NCBI GenBank assembly: GCA_902538885.1
Contig: CACBGU010000005.1
Span: 177-64,176, forward strand
DNA from: an uncultured Pelagibacteraceae bacterium
GTDB taxonomy: Bacteria; Pseudomonadota; Alphaproteobacteria; Pelagibacterales; Pelagibacteraceae
Direction of reading: 5' to 3'
Length of the DNA stretch: 64,000 nucleotides
The position numbers and the translations under genes are program-made. The notes under the pieces are model-generated. The model searched no databases. It worked only from the letters and a program-made list of their open reading frames with translations, and was not told where the DNA came from. Below are positions 29,301 through 38,280 of this stretch, piece after piece. Positions within the stretch are counted from its first letter, which is position 1. Every line of letters starts with the position of its first letter.

Positions 29301-30226
29301 AAACTGGCTTAATTACATCAGATACATCTCAAAATCATGATACAGGTCCTGGGCATCCAGAACAAATAGCAAGGGTATCAGTCATAGTAGAAAATTTTAA
29401 AAAGCTTAATAATAAAAATCTTATATGGAAGAAACCATCTAAAGTTTCAGATGATATTCTATTAACCACACATGAAAATAATTATTTAAATTTAGTAAAA
29501 AATTCTTTCCCAAAAAAAGGTTTTTCTTCACTTGATGGCGATACAATCATTTCACCTGGAAGCAAAGACGCAACCTTCGATGCAGTTGGATCAATGATTG
29601 CTGCTATTGATGGAGTAGAAAAAAAAGAATTTAGAAATGCATTTTGTGGTGTTCGACCTCCTGGCCATCATAGTTCACAAAATAAAGCAGCTGGTTTTTG
29701 CATTTTAAATTCAGTGAGTATTGGTGCAAATTATTTGTTGAAAAAATATAAATATAAAAAAGTTGCAATAATAGATTTTGATGTACATCACGGTAATGGA
29801 ACACAGGATATTTTTTATGAAAATGAAAATGTACTCTTTATATCAACTCACCAATATCCCTACTACCCAGGAACTGGTTCTGAACAAGAAAGAGGTAAAT
29901 TTAACAATATCTTTAATATACCTTTGCCAGCTGGCATAAGTTCAGAAGAATATTTAAACGTATTTGACCGTGTATTAAAAAAATTAGAAGAGTTTAGACC
30001 AGAGTTTATATTGATTAGCGCTGGTTTTGACGCACATGAAGATGACCCTCTCGCTCAATTTAATTTAAAAACAGAGGATTATTTTACTATTACTAAAAGA
30101 GTATTGGAGACTTCTAAAAAGTTTTGTAATGGAAAAATTGTTTCAATTTTAGAGGGCGGTTATGACCTAAATGCACTTCGAGACAGCACTAAAAGACATG
30201 TTGATGCTCTTTTAGAATTTAATTGA
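29297..30226 (+). CDS. Zn-dependent histone deacetylase family protein
   Basis: HPE, RPPGHH, GFC, DFDVHHGNGTQ, YPGTG, SAGFDAH..DPL and LEGGY; all catalytic motifs intact. Confidence 0.93.
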   Translation: MKTGLITSDTSQNHDTGPGHPEQIARVSVIVENFKKLNNKNLIWKKPSKVSDDILLTTHENNYLNLVKNSFPKKGFSSLDGDTIISPGSKDATFDAVGSMIAAIDGVEKKEFRNAFCGVRPPGHHSSQNKAAGFCILNSVSIGANYLLKKYKYKKVAIIDFDVHHGNGTQDIFYENENVLFISTHQYPYYPGTGSEQERGKFNNIFNIPLPAGISSEEYLNVFDRVLKKLEEFRPEFILISAGFDAHEDDPLAQFNLKTEDYFTITKRVLETSKKFCNGKIVSILEGGYDLNALRDSTKRHVDALLEFN

Positions 30227-30239
30227 TAATTCTTAAGAA

Positions 30240-30254
30240 AACTCTAAATAAAAA
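30240..30254 (+). repeat. 15-bp direct repeat, copy 1 (AACTCTAAATAAAAA)
   Basis: Identical to 30741-30755; the two copies flank the SET-domain gene. Confidence 0.6.
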
Positions 30255-30260
30255 ATCTTC

Positions 30261-30752
30261 ATGAAATTATATAAAATAAAAAAATCTGGAATTGATAATA
30301 AAGGTAGAGGGCTTTATGCAACTCGTGACATTAAAGAGGGAACCAAAATAATTGATTATGTTGGAAAACTTATAACAAAAAAACAAACACAAGATTCTGA
30401 TAAGTACGATAATAGTAAACCAATATATTTATTCACAATAAATAAAAGATACGATCTAGATGGGGATTTTCCATGGAATACCGCAGGTTTAATTAATCAT
30501 TCTTGTGATAATAATTGTGATTACGATGGAAAGGGATTGAAAATTTGGGTCAAAGCAATCAAAGATATTAAAAAAGGTGAGGAGTTTACCTGTGATTATG
30601 GATTTGGTTATGATGAAAACTACAAACAATTTCCTTGTAAATGTAAATCAAAAAACTGTTGTGGGTATATTGTAAGAGCTGAGTCTAGATGGCGAATAAA
30701 TAAAAAGTTTGCTATGAGCAATAAAAATAAATTAATAAAGAACTCTAAATAA
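30261..30752 (+). CDS. SET-domain protein-lysine methyltransferase with post-SET motif
   Basis: GRGLYATRDI, YVG, INHSC, IKKGEEFTCDYG and post-SET CKCKSKNCCG. Confidence 0.92.
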   Translation: MKLYKIKKSGIDNKGRGLYATRDIKEGTKIIDYVGKLITKKQTQDSDKYDNSKPIYLFTINKRYDLDGDFPWNTAGLINHSCDNNCDYDGKGLKIWVKAIKDIKKGEEFTCDYGFGYDENYKQFPCKCKSKNCCGYIVRAESRWRINKKFAMSNKNKLIKNSK

Positions 30753-31472
30753 AAATAAACCACTTGGTGGTGCTGGAGGGGCACACAGCGTTCTTTTTTT
30801 TGACTTAAATCTCTTTTCAAAAGTTTTCAAATCCCATTTAGTTTCTCCCAAGTATTTTAAACAACCAACCATAGATCTAACCTGATGTTGTAAAAATGAT
30901 TGCGAACTAAATTCAAATTCAATTTTATTTTTTGATGATTTAATTTTAATTGATTTAATAGTTTTAATTGGACTTTTAGCGTGACAGCTTGAAGATCTAA
31001 AAGTTGAATAATCATTAGTTCCTAATAACTTTTTTGCACCCTTTTTCATTAATTCTAAATTTAAAGGCCTACGAACATGCCATGCTCTATTTTTTTCAAT
31101 TATTGGTTGGCTTATTTGATTAAAAATAAAGTATTTATAAATTCTTTGTTTTGCTGAAAATCTCGCATGAAATTTATTATTTCTTTTTTTAATATTTTTA
31201 ATTGCAATGTCTTTTAAGTTCAAAAAATGATTAATGGATTTTAAAAATTTAATTTTATCGGTTATTTTATTTTTGCAATCAAAGTGTGCAGATTGCTCAA
31301 ATGCATGAACCCCTGCATCAGTTCTTCCTTGACCATGTAAAACAATTTTTTCTTTTAATAATTTTGATAATTTTTCTTGAATTAATGCTTGAATTGTTGG
31401 GCCCTTTTTTTGAATTTGCCATCCTCTAAAATTTGTTCCCACATACTCAATAAGTATTTGATATCTATTCAT
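30732..31472 (-). CDS. truA: tRNA pseudouridine(38-40) synthase
   Basis: GWQIQ, GRTDAGVHA, FHARFSA, FLQHQVR and APPSGL motifs. Confidence 0.96.
   Translation of the reverse strand: MNRYQILIEYVGTNFRGWQIQKKGPTIQALIQEKLSKLLKEKIVLHGQGRTDAGVHAFEQSAHFDCKNKITDKIKFLKSINHFLNLKDIAIKNIKKRNNKFHARFSAKQRIYKYFIFNQISQPIIEKNRAWHVRRPLNLELMKKGAKKLLGTNDYSTFRSSSCHAKSPIKTIKSIKIKSSKNKIEFEFSSQSFLQHQVRSMVGCLKYLGETKWDLKTFEKRFKSKKRTLCAPPAPPSGLFLFRVLY
30741..30755 (+). repeat. 15-bp direct repeat, copy 2
   Basis: AACTCTAAATAAAAA at the SET stop, inside the truA 3' end. Confidence 0.6.
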
Positions 31473-32395
31473 TATATAAATGAACCCTTTTTAATTTGTG
31501 TTCCTAAAACAAATTCTCCAATACTTTGAGGCTTTTTTCCTTGTCTTTGTATTTCTTTAATTTTTATTGATTTTTTGTCTCCACACGAAATTTCTAAATA
31601 GTCAGATAAAACCTCACCTGGTTTTCCTTGCGCTTGTCCAATTTCTGCTTTTAATATTTTATATCTCTCACCGTTAAACATGAAATAAGCTCCTGGAACT
31701 GGATATAGTCCATTTATTTTACCAATTATAATTTTAGCATCCTCTTTCCAATTAATTTGCCCCTCTATTTTTTGAATTTTTGATGCGTATGTTGCTGATG
31801 AGTGATCTTGCTCTATAAAGTTTGCTTTATCCTCATATATTTCATCTATATTATCTAAAATTTTCTCTGCAGCCAAACTTGATAGCTTTTCATTAATATC
31901 TTCAGCATTTAAATTATTTTCGATATTAATTTTATAAATATTACATACCGGTCCTGTATCTAGTTCCTCCCCTATTTTCATAATACTAATTCCTGTCTCT
32001 TTATCTAAATTCATAATTGATCTTTGAATAGGGGCAGCGCCTCTCCACTTTGGAAGAATAGATGCATGTATATTAATAAATCCTTTTTTAGTTAAATTTA
32101 AATATGACTTTGGTATAATTTGACCATAAGCAACAACTATTGCCAAATCTGCCTCTAAAGATTTAAAATATTCTAATTCATCTAAATTTTCTTTTAATGA
32201 ATTTGGTGTTCTAAATTCTATATTTAAAGTCTCAGAAATTAATTGAATTGGTGACTTGTTAATTTTTTGACCTCTTTTAGATTTTTGAGGTGGTTGTGTA
32301 TAAACACAAGAAATAGGATATCCATTTTGATAAAGTGATTTTAAAATTGGAACAGCGAACATGGGAGTACCCATAAAAACTATTTTTTTTAGCAT
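31472..32395 (-). CDS. fmt: methionyl-tRNA formyltransferase
   Basis: FMGTP, VVAYG, NIHASILPKWRGAAPIQ and LDTGP motifs. Confidence 0.97.
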   Translation of the reverse strand: MLKKIVFMGTPMFAVPILKSLYQNGYPISCVYTQPPQKSKRGQKINKSPIQLISETLNIEFRTPNSLKENLDELEYFKSLEADLAIVVAYGQIIPKSYLNLTKKGFINIHASILPKWRGAAPIQRSIMNLDKETGISIMKIGEELDTGPVCNIYKINIENNLNAEDINEKLSSLAAEKILDNIDEIYEDKANFIEQDHSSATYASKIQKIEGQINWKEDAKIIIGKINGLYPVPGAYFMFNGERYKILKAEIGQAQGKPGEVLSDYLEISCGDKKSIKIKEIQRQGKKPQSIGEFVLGTQIKKGSFI

Positions 32396-32398
32396 TGA

Positions 32399-32917
32399 TT
32401 AAGCTTCTACAGAAGTGGATTTTAATTTTGATAATTTTTTGATTATCATTGACCTTTTTAATTTTGAAAGATAATCAATAAATAGGATTCCCTCTAAATG
32501 GTCCATCTCGTGCTGAATACATGTTGCCAGAAGACCATCAGCCTTTAGCAATTTCTTTTCTCCATCGTAATCAAGATATTCTACTTCACACTTACTAGGT
32601 CTATCTATTTCTGCAAACTGATTTGGCACAGAAAGACATCCTTCTTCATAAGTTGCTTTTTCTGGATCTTTATTTTTGATAACCGGATTTACGAAATATC
32701 TTGGCTCTTTTTTACTCTCATCTTTACTTATATCCATTACAATAATTCTCTTTGGTACTCCAACTTGTATCGCCGCGAGACCAATTCCGTTTGCGTCATA
32801 CATTGTCTCTAGCATATCATCCATTAATTTTTGTTCTTCTTTACCAACAGAATTTACTGGTTTAGATATTTGCCTAAGTAATTTATTAGGTTCTGTTATT
32901 ATAGTTCTGATAGCCAT
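32399..32917 (-). CDS. def: peptide deformylase
   Basis: GIGLAAIQ, EGCLS and QHEMDHL motifs. Confidence 0.97.
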   Translation of the reverse strand: MAIRTIITEPNKLLRQISKPVNSVGKEEQKLMDDMLETMYDANGIGLAAIQVGVPKRIIVMDISKDESKKEPRYFVNPVIKNKDPEKATYEEGCLSVPNQFAEIDRPSKCEVEYLDYDGEKKLLKADGLLATCIQHEMDHLEGILFIDYLSKLKRSMIIKKLSKLKSTSVEA

Positions 32918-32938
32918 AACTTGATTTTATTATAATTT

Positions 32939-34702
32939 TTATACTTTTAAAGGAAGAACTTTTAGCAATAGTTTATTTCTAATTAAATCAACATTTAATT
33001 GATTTAAAGTGTTAATAATAAAATAAACTGTATCTTCATCAATATTTTCAATTTTGTCAGGTCCAATTACCTCAATTATTCTCAACAATGCAGCACCTAT
33101 CTCATTATTATCTATCATTGTTTGAATATCAGCAGGCATTTCTGATTGCTTCACCTCATATAGACTGTCATATTTTTTTGAAATTTTAACTCCATCAGAT
33201 TTAAGTGCCTCTAAAAAAATTATATCTTTTTTTGATAAAAAATATTTTTTATCTTTTTTTATTTTCTTTAAAAATTTATCTAGATCCTCTTCAATTTTAG
33301 ATTTTGCATAATCCCCATTAAAATAATTTATAAGTTTTGATTGATGTAAAATTTTACTATTATATTTAATCTTTTTATCTGCCGTCTCTTTCTTATTTAA
33401 ATTGCTATTATAAAATGTTGTAAAATTTGATGGCACATCCTCAACATTAATTTCACTTAAAAAATTTTTTAATTCCAAATCAAAAGCATCACTAATATCA
33501 TCAGATATAAATAGATCTTTTAATATCTTTATAAATTCTAATTTGATTTTTGGTTCTTCAGTTAAAAGAGCTCTTTGATATAAAAGAGCGCGTCCCTCGA
33601 TTGAAGATAAAGATTTATATGCCTCTTTTGCATTCAAAAATTGATTAATATTAAATTGGAATTTTTTATAAAATTCGAATAACTCCTCCTCAGAATAATT
33701 TTTATCATTAACAGCTTTTTCTATTGTAGAAATTTTTTCTACATCAGTAATCTCTATATCTTGAATTTTAAAAAGTAAATTAGCGGCTGAAAGATATTTC
33801 CAAACTATTTTAGGTGTATCGTCACTTGGTTCATAAGAAAACTCAGGGTTAGTTCTATGAGCTAAATGAAAATCTAAAATTGAATTTATTGATATTTCTT
33901 TATCTGCCTCATCTAAATATCCAAATAAATAATTTATTTTGTTTTCGTAATAACTATCTTCAAAACCTAACTCTTTTTTTAAATCTAAGATTAGTTGTGC
34001 TTCTTCATTTTTTCCATAATTGATTAAACAATATAAATTAAATTTTGATAGATATTCATCTTGAATGGGTTCAGAATTTTTAGAAAAAATCTCACATGAT
34101 TTTTTTACGTTTGATTCTGATAAATAAGTATCTACCAAATATCTTGTTAAATTTGGATGCAAATTTATTATTTGATTTTTAATTAAATATTCTTCTATTA
34201 ATTCTAAGTTTGCATCTTTTATTAACCAATCAGATTTAAAGCTCATAAATTCTTGCTCAGTAATATTTTGAGTTGGAGAATAAGCGTTGGTTAATAAAGA
34301 TATGTGCATTATATCAGATGCATCCTCTGAAAGATTAAACTTATTAATATTCTGAAATAAATTTTTTAATTTAGTTCCATCAGAATTTGACCACATATCC
34401 ATACTCAAACCATATTCACTAGGATCATATAGTCCAACAATTTTAATTTCTTTTGATGAAAATTCTTTATCTAGTTTTATAGTATCTGTTTGTTTGTTTG
34501 TTTGTAGTTCGTAAACACTATTCTGAGTAGTGCCACTAGAATTTTCACTTGAAATATTTGTTTCTGAAATAACTTGATTATCTTTCTTTTCTATATTCCA
34601 AATATCAATCGGTTTCTCCTCTGCAAACGTAGGTGTAAAAAAAATAAGACAAACTAATTTAATTAAAAGAAGTTTCTTATTTAACAATTTTAAAATTTTC
34701 AT
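32939..34702 (-). CDS. exported hypothetical protein (probably alpha-helical)
   Basis: Long ORF. Probable start MKILKLL at 34702 gives a signal peptide ending TFA|EE; contains GL..DMW..S. Confidence 0.75.
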   Translation of the reverse strand: MKILKLLNKKLLLIKLVCLIFFTPTFAEEKPIDIWNIEKKDNQVISETNISSENSSGTTQNSVYELQTNKQTDTIKLDKEFSSKEIKIVGLYDPSEYGLSMDMWSNSDGTKLKNLFQNINKFNLSEDASDIMHISLLTNAYSPTQNITEQEFMSFKSDWLIKDANLELIEEYLIKNQIINLHPNLTRYLVDTYLSESNVKKSCEIFSKNSEPIQDEYLSKFNLYCLINYGKNEEAQLILDLKKELGFEDSYYENKINYLFGYLDEADKEISINSILDFHLAHRTNPEFSYEPSDDTPKIVWKYLSAANLLFKIQDIEITDVEKISTIEKAVNDKNYSEEELFEFYKKFQFNINQFLNAKEAYKSLSSIEGRALLYQRALLTEEPKIKLEFIKILKDLFISDDISDAFDLELKNFLSEINVEDVPSNFTTFYNSNLNKKETADKKIKYNSKILHQSKLINYFNGDYAKSKIEEDLDKFLKKIKKDKKYFLSKKDIIFLEALKSDGVKISKKYDSLYEVKQSEMPADIQTMIDNNEIGAALLRIIEVIGPDKIENIDEDTVYFIINTLNQLNVDLIRNKLLLKVLPLKV

Positions 34703-34859
34703 TTGGAATAATTTTTTCAATTTCTTTTTTAGGTGCAGGAAAATCAATTGTACTTAGAAAAAAAATAATACCTAAAATAACCCCTAATCCGATTATAGAT
34801 TTAATCACAAGTCCTATGATACTTGCTTTGCCTGAACTTGTGTTTTTAATGAATTGCAT
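34677..34859 (-). CDS. small single-TM hypothetical protein
   Basis: One hydrophobic helix then P.K.IEK.IPNE; divergent from aroK; overlaps the next gene; start uncertain. Confidence 0.6.
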   Translation of the reverse strand: MQFIKNTSSGKASIIGLVIKSIIGLGVILGIIFFLSTIDFPAPKKEIEKIIPNENFKIVK

Positions 34860-34916
34860 ATACTTTTAGATAATTTCAAATTAAGACATATTTATGTTTT
34901 TTCAATAAAGAAACTT

Positions 34917-35429
34917 ATGAAATCAAAAGAAAATCTAGTTTTTTTGGGGATGATGGGTTCAGGTAAGAGCTCTATTGGATCTTTAGTAGCGAAAAAATTA
35001 AAATTAAATTTTGTCGATATCGATAAAGAAATTGAAAAAAATTTAAACATTACAATAAAAAAAATCTTTGAAGATAAGGGTGAGAATTATTTTAGAAAAA
35101 TTGAAGAACAAACAACTTTAAAAAAGCTTAAATTAAGCTCTACTGTGATTTCACTTGGTGGGGGGGCTTTTACAAATAAAAATATTAGAAAAGAAATTTT
35201 AAAAAATCATTTATCTTTTTGGCTAAATTGGGATGATAAAACATTGTTAAATAGAATTAAAAACAGTAAAAAAAGACCATTAGCGATTAATGCAACCGAT
35301 ACTGAGTTAATTGATTTAATTAAGAAACGATCTAACATTTATTCTAAAGCTTTATATGAGATAAAGTGTGATAATCTTTCTAAAAGTGAAATAGTAAATG
35401 AAATTGTAAAAATTTATGAAACAAACTAG
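34917..35429 (+). CDS. aroK: shikimate kinase
   Basis: GMMGSGKSS, GENYFR, SLGGG and RPL motifs; ATG at 34917 preferred. Confidence 0.95.
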   Translation: MKSKENLVFLGMMGSGKSSIGSLVAKKLKLNFVDIDKEIEKNLNITIKKIFEDKGENYFRKIEEQTTLKKLKLSSTVISLGGGAFTNKNIRKEILKNHLSFWLNWDDKTLLNRIKNSKKRPLAINATDTELIDLIKKRSNIYSKALYEIKCDNLSKSEIVNEIVKIYETN

Positions 35430-36522
35430 ATTAAATATAGTAACTAAAACCGAAAAATATCCAATAATTATTGGATCAAATTTAACCTCAAGCATATCAA
35501 AAATTTTTAAATCAAATTCAATTGGTTTTGATAAATGTTTGATTGTTGTTGATAAAAATGTTCCAAAAAAATTTGTCTCAAATATTAAAAGGTCTTTTAA
35601 AAATAAAAGTATTTTTGTGTTGTTTTTTAATGCTAGTGAAAAAAATAAAAATATTAATAGCGTTAATAAAATTCTAGAATTTTTATTAAACAAAAACTTT
35701 TCAAGAAATGATGTTTTAATTTCTTTAGGAGGAGGAATTACAGGTGATGTAAGTGGTTTTGCGGCTAGTCTTTTCAAAAGGGGCCTAAAGTTTGCAAATA
35801 TTCCAACAACTCTTTTAGCTCAAGTTGATTCATCAATAGGAGGAAAAACTGGGGTTAATTCTAAGTATGGTAAAAATTTAATAGGAAGTTTTTATCAACC
35901 ATCATTGGTTCTCTCGGATATTCAATTTCTTAAATCTTTATCGAAAAGAGAGATAGTTTGTGGATATGGAGAAATATTGAAGCATTCATTAATTGAAAAT
36001 AAAAAATTTTTTAGTTTCTTAAATAAAAATCTTAAAAAGATTTTAAGTCTTTCGTCTCCATTTATTGAAAAAGCTATCTATGAAAGTTGTAAAATTAAAA
36101 AAAAAATAGTCGAAAAAGATGAAAAAGAAACAGCATTAAGAAAAGTATTAAATTTTGGTCATACATTTGCCCATGCTTATGAAGCAGGCTTAGGTTACAG
36201 CCATAAACTAAATCACGGTGAAGCCGTGATACTTGGAATGAAAACGGCACTGAGTTTTAGTTTTAAGGAAAACATGCTTAGTAAAAGTGAATATAATTTA
36301 ATTATAAATCATATTGATAATTCTGGTCTACCTTCTTCTATAAAAAAATATTTTTCTATCAGTGATTTAAATAAGATTTTATCTTTTATGATCAAAGATA
36401 AAAAAAATAATTCTGAAAAAATTAACTTAGTTTTGTTAAAAAAAATTGGTAAGCCAATTTTCAACAAAGAATACACCAAAAAAAAGTTAAATTTATTTTT
36501 GAAAAAATCTTTAACTAATTAA
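35416..36522 (+). CDS. aroB: 3-dehydroquinate synthase
   Basis: LGGGITGD, PTTLLAQVDSSIGGKTG, LNFGHTFAHA, HGEAV and DKK motifs. Confidence 0.97.
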   Translation: MKQTRLNIVTKTEKYPIIIGSNLTSSISKIFKSNSIGFDKCLIVVDKNVPKKFVSNIKRSFKNKSIFVLFFNASEKNKNINSVNKILEFLLNKNFSRNDVLISLGGGITGDVSGFAASLFKRGLKFANIPTTLLAQVDSSIGGKTGVNSKYGKNLIGSFYQPSLVLSDIQFLKSLSKREIVCGYGEILKHSLIENKKFFSFLNKNLKKILSLSSPFIEKAIYESCKIKKKIVEKDEKETALRKVLNFGHTFAHAYEAGLGYSHKLNHGEAVILGMKTALSFSFKENMLSKSEYNLIINHIDNSGLPSSIKKYFSISDLNKILSFMIKDKKNNSEKINLVLLKKIGKPIFNKEYTKKKLNLFLKKSLTN

Positions 36523-36771
36523 AATTTGGATTGAGTGAATAAATTCTTTTAGTTCTTGATCTAAAATCTTATAAATTTTTTTATTACTTTCAATTTTATT
36601 CATTTTTTTTAGTTCCTGAGAAACGATAATTAATTTTAAATGATATTTTCCTTCTTGATTTCCTTTATGATTTTTATGAAGAAAAGATTTATCTTCAATA
36701 TTTATACTTTCAATATTTATTTGATTTAATAATTTATTTTTTACAATTGTAATTAACTCATTTATATCCAT
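36511..36771 (-). CDS. bolA: BolA family protein
   Basis: EDKSFLHKNH, HLKLIIVS and IHSIQI motifs; divergent from the J-domain gene. Confidence 0.8.
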   Translation of the reverse strand: MDINELITIVKNKLLNQINIESINIEDKSFLHKNHKGNQEGKYHLKLIIVSQELKKMNKIESNKKIYKILDQELKEFIHSIQILIS

Positions 36772-36788
36772 ATATGTTATTATATATC

Positions 36789-37322
36789 ATGAAAAATATT
36801 TGTGACTGGAATAATTGTAATGAAATAGGTGAATATAAGGCACCAGTTGAAAAAGATAATAGCAGAAAATTTAGAATGCTTTGCCTTGAGCATGTAAAAG
36901 AATTTAATAAAAATTGGAACTATTTTTCAGGAATGAATGATGACCAAGTGATGGATTTTTTAAAATCTGACATGACTTGGCACAAACCCACGCAAAGCTT
37001 TAGCTCTTCAGATAATTTTTTCAAAGTGTTATGGAATACAACTTTGAGAGATGAGTTCGATAAAGAAAAAATAAATGGAGATTATGATCATATGCGTCAA
37101 TTTAAATTCGATCATAAAGATATAAAAGCTTTTGGAATATTGGGAGTTTCTGTGGGTTTAAAGTGGAAGAAAATACAAGATAAATTCAAATTACTTGTGA
37201 AAAAATTTCACCCTGATATGAATTCTGGAAATAAAAAATACGAGGAAAAACTTAAACTTATAACATTAGCTTATACTCAATTAAAAAATACCTATAGAGA
37301 AAAAATTGACACCAAATCTTAA
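36789..37322 (+). CDS. J-domain protein (N-terminal Cys/His motif, C-terminal J domain)
   Basis: [25 protein letters not shown] and KFHPD; start at 36789 preferred. Confidence 0.88.
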   Translation: MKNICDWNNCNEIGEYKAPVEKDNSRKFRMLCLEHVKEFNKNWNYFSGMNDDQVMDFLKSDMTWHKPTQSFSSSDNFFKVLWNTTLRDEFDKEKINGDYDHMRQFKFDHKDIKAFGILGVSVGLKWKKIQDKFKLLVKKFHPDMNSGNKKYEEKLKLITLAYTQLKNTYREKIDTKS

Positions 37323-38280
37323 CACAGAACCAGATATTAAAGTTTCACTAAAACAAACTTTTGGAATTGATTCAGAAATGGAAGTTGACGCATTTTCAAA
37401 AAAAAATGAATACGTTCCTGAAATTGATAAAAACTATAAGTTTGATAGAGATACTACTTTAGCCATTATTTCAGGATTTGCATTTAATAAGCGAGTTTTA
37501 GTTCAAGGTTATCATGGCACTGGAAAATCTACCCACATTGAACAAATAGCTGCAAGATTAAATTGGCCTTGTATCCGTGTAAATTTAGATAGTCATGTAA
37601 GTAGAATTGATTTGATTGGAAAAGATGCTATCGTTCTTAAAGATGGTAAACAAGTAACTCAATTTAACGAGGGAATTTTACCATGGTCTATACAAAATCC
37701 AGTTGCACTTGTTTTTGATGAATATGATGCTGGTAGACCTGATGTAATGTTTGTAATTCAAAGAGTTTTAGAAGCTGAGGGCAATTTTACATTACTAGAT
37801 AAAAACAAAGTAATTAAACAAAATAAATTTTTTAGATTATTTGCCACTTCAAATACTGTTGGACTTGGTGATACGACAGGTCTTTATCATGGTACGCAGC
37901 AAATTAACCAAGGTCAGATGGATAGATGGAATATTGTTACAACTTTAAACTATCTTAGCCTAGATAGAGAAATGGACATTGTTTTGTCTAAAAATAAAAA
38001 CTTAAATAACGCAAAGGGAAAAGAGAAGGTTGCTAACATGATAAAAGTAGCATCTTTAACGCGTAAAGGATTTATCGCAGGAGACATTTCAACAGTGATG
38101 AGCCCAAGAACAGTGTTACATTGGGCAGAAAATGCAGAGATATTTAAAGACACTGGTTACGCTTTTAGAGTAACTTTTCTTAATAAATGTGATGATATTG
38201 AAAAAAATACTATCGCAGAATATTATCAAAGATGTTTTGGTGAAGAATTGCCAGAATCTTTGATTAATATTCAAATCTAA
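37306..38280 (+). CDS. cobS: CobS-type AAA+ ATPase
   Basis: [37 protein letters not shown] and MSPRT motifs. Confidence 0.93.
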   Translation: MTPNLNTEPDIKVSLKQTFGIDSEMEVDAFSKKNEYVPEIDKNYKFDRDTTLAIISGFAFNKRVLVQGYHGTGKSTHIEQIAARLNWPCIRVNLDSHVSRIDLIGKDAIVLKDGKQVTQFNEGILPWSIQNPVALVFDEYDAGRPDVMFVIQRVLEAEGNFTLLDKNKVIKQNKFFRLFATSNTVGLGDTTGLYHGTQQINQGQMDRWNIVTTLNYLSLDREMDIVLSKNKNLNNAKGKEKVANMIKVASLTRKGFIAGDISTVMSPRTVLHWAENAEIFKDTGYAFRVTFLNKCDDIEKNTIAEYYQRCFGEELPESLINIQI

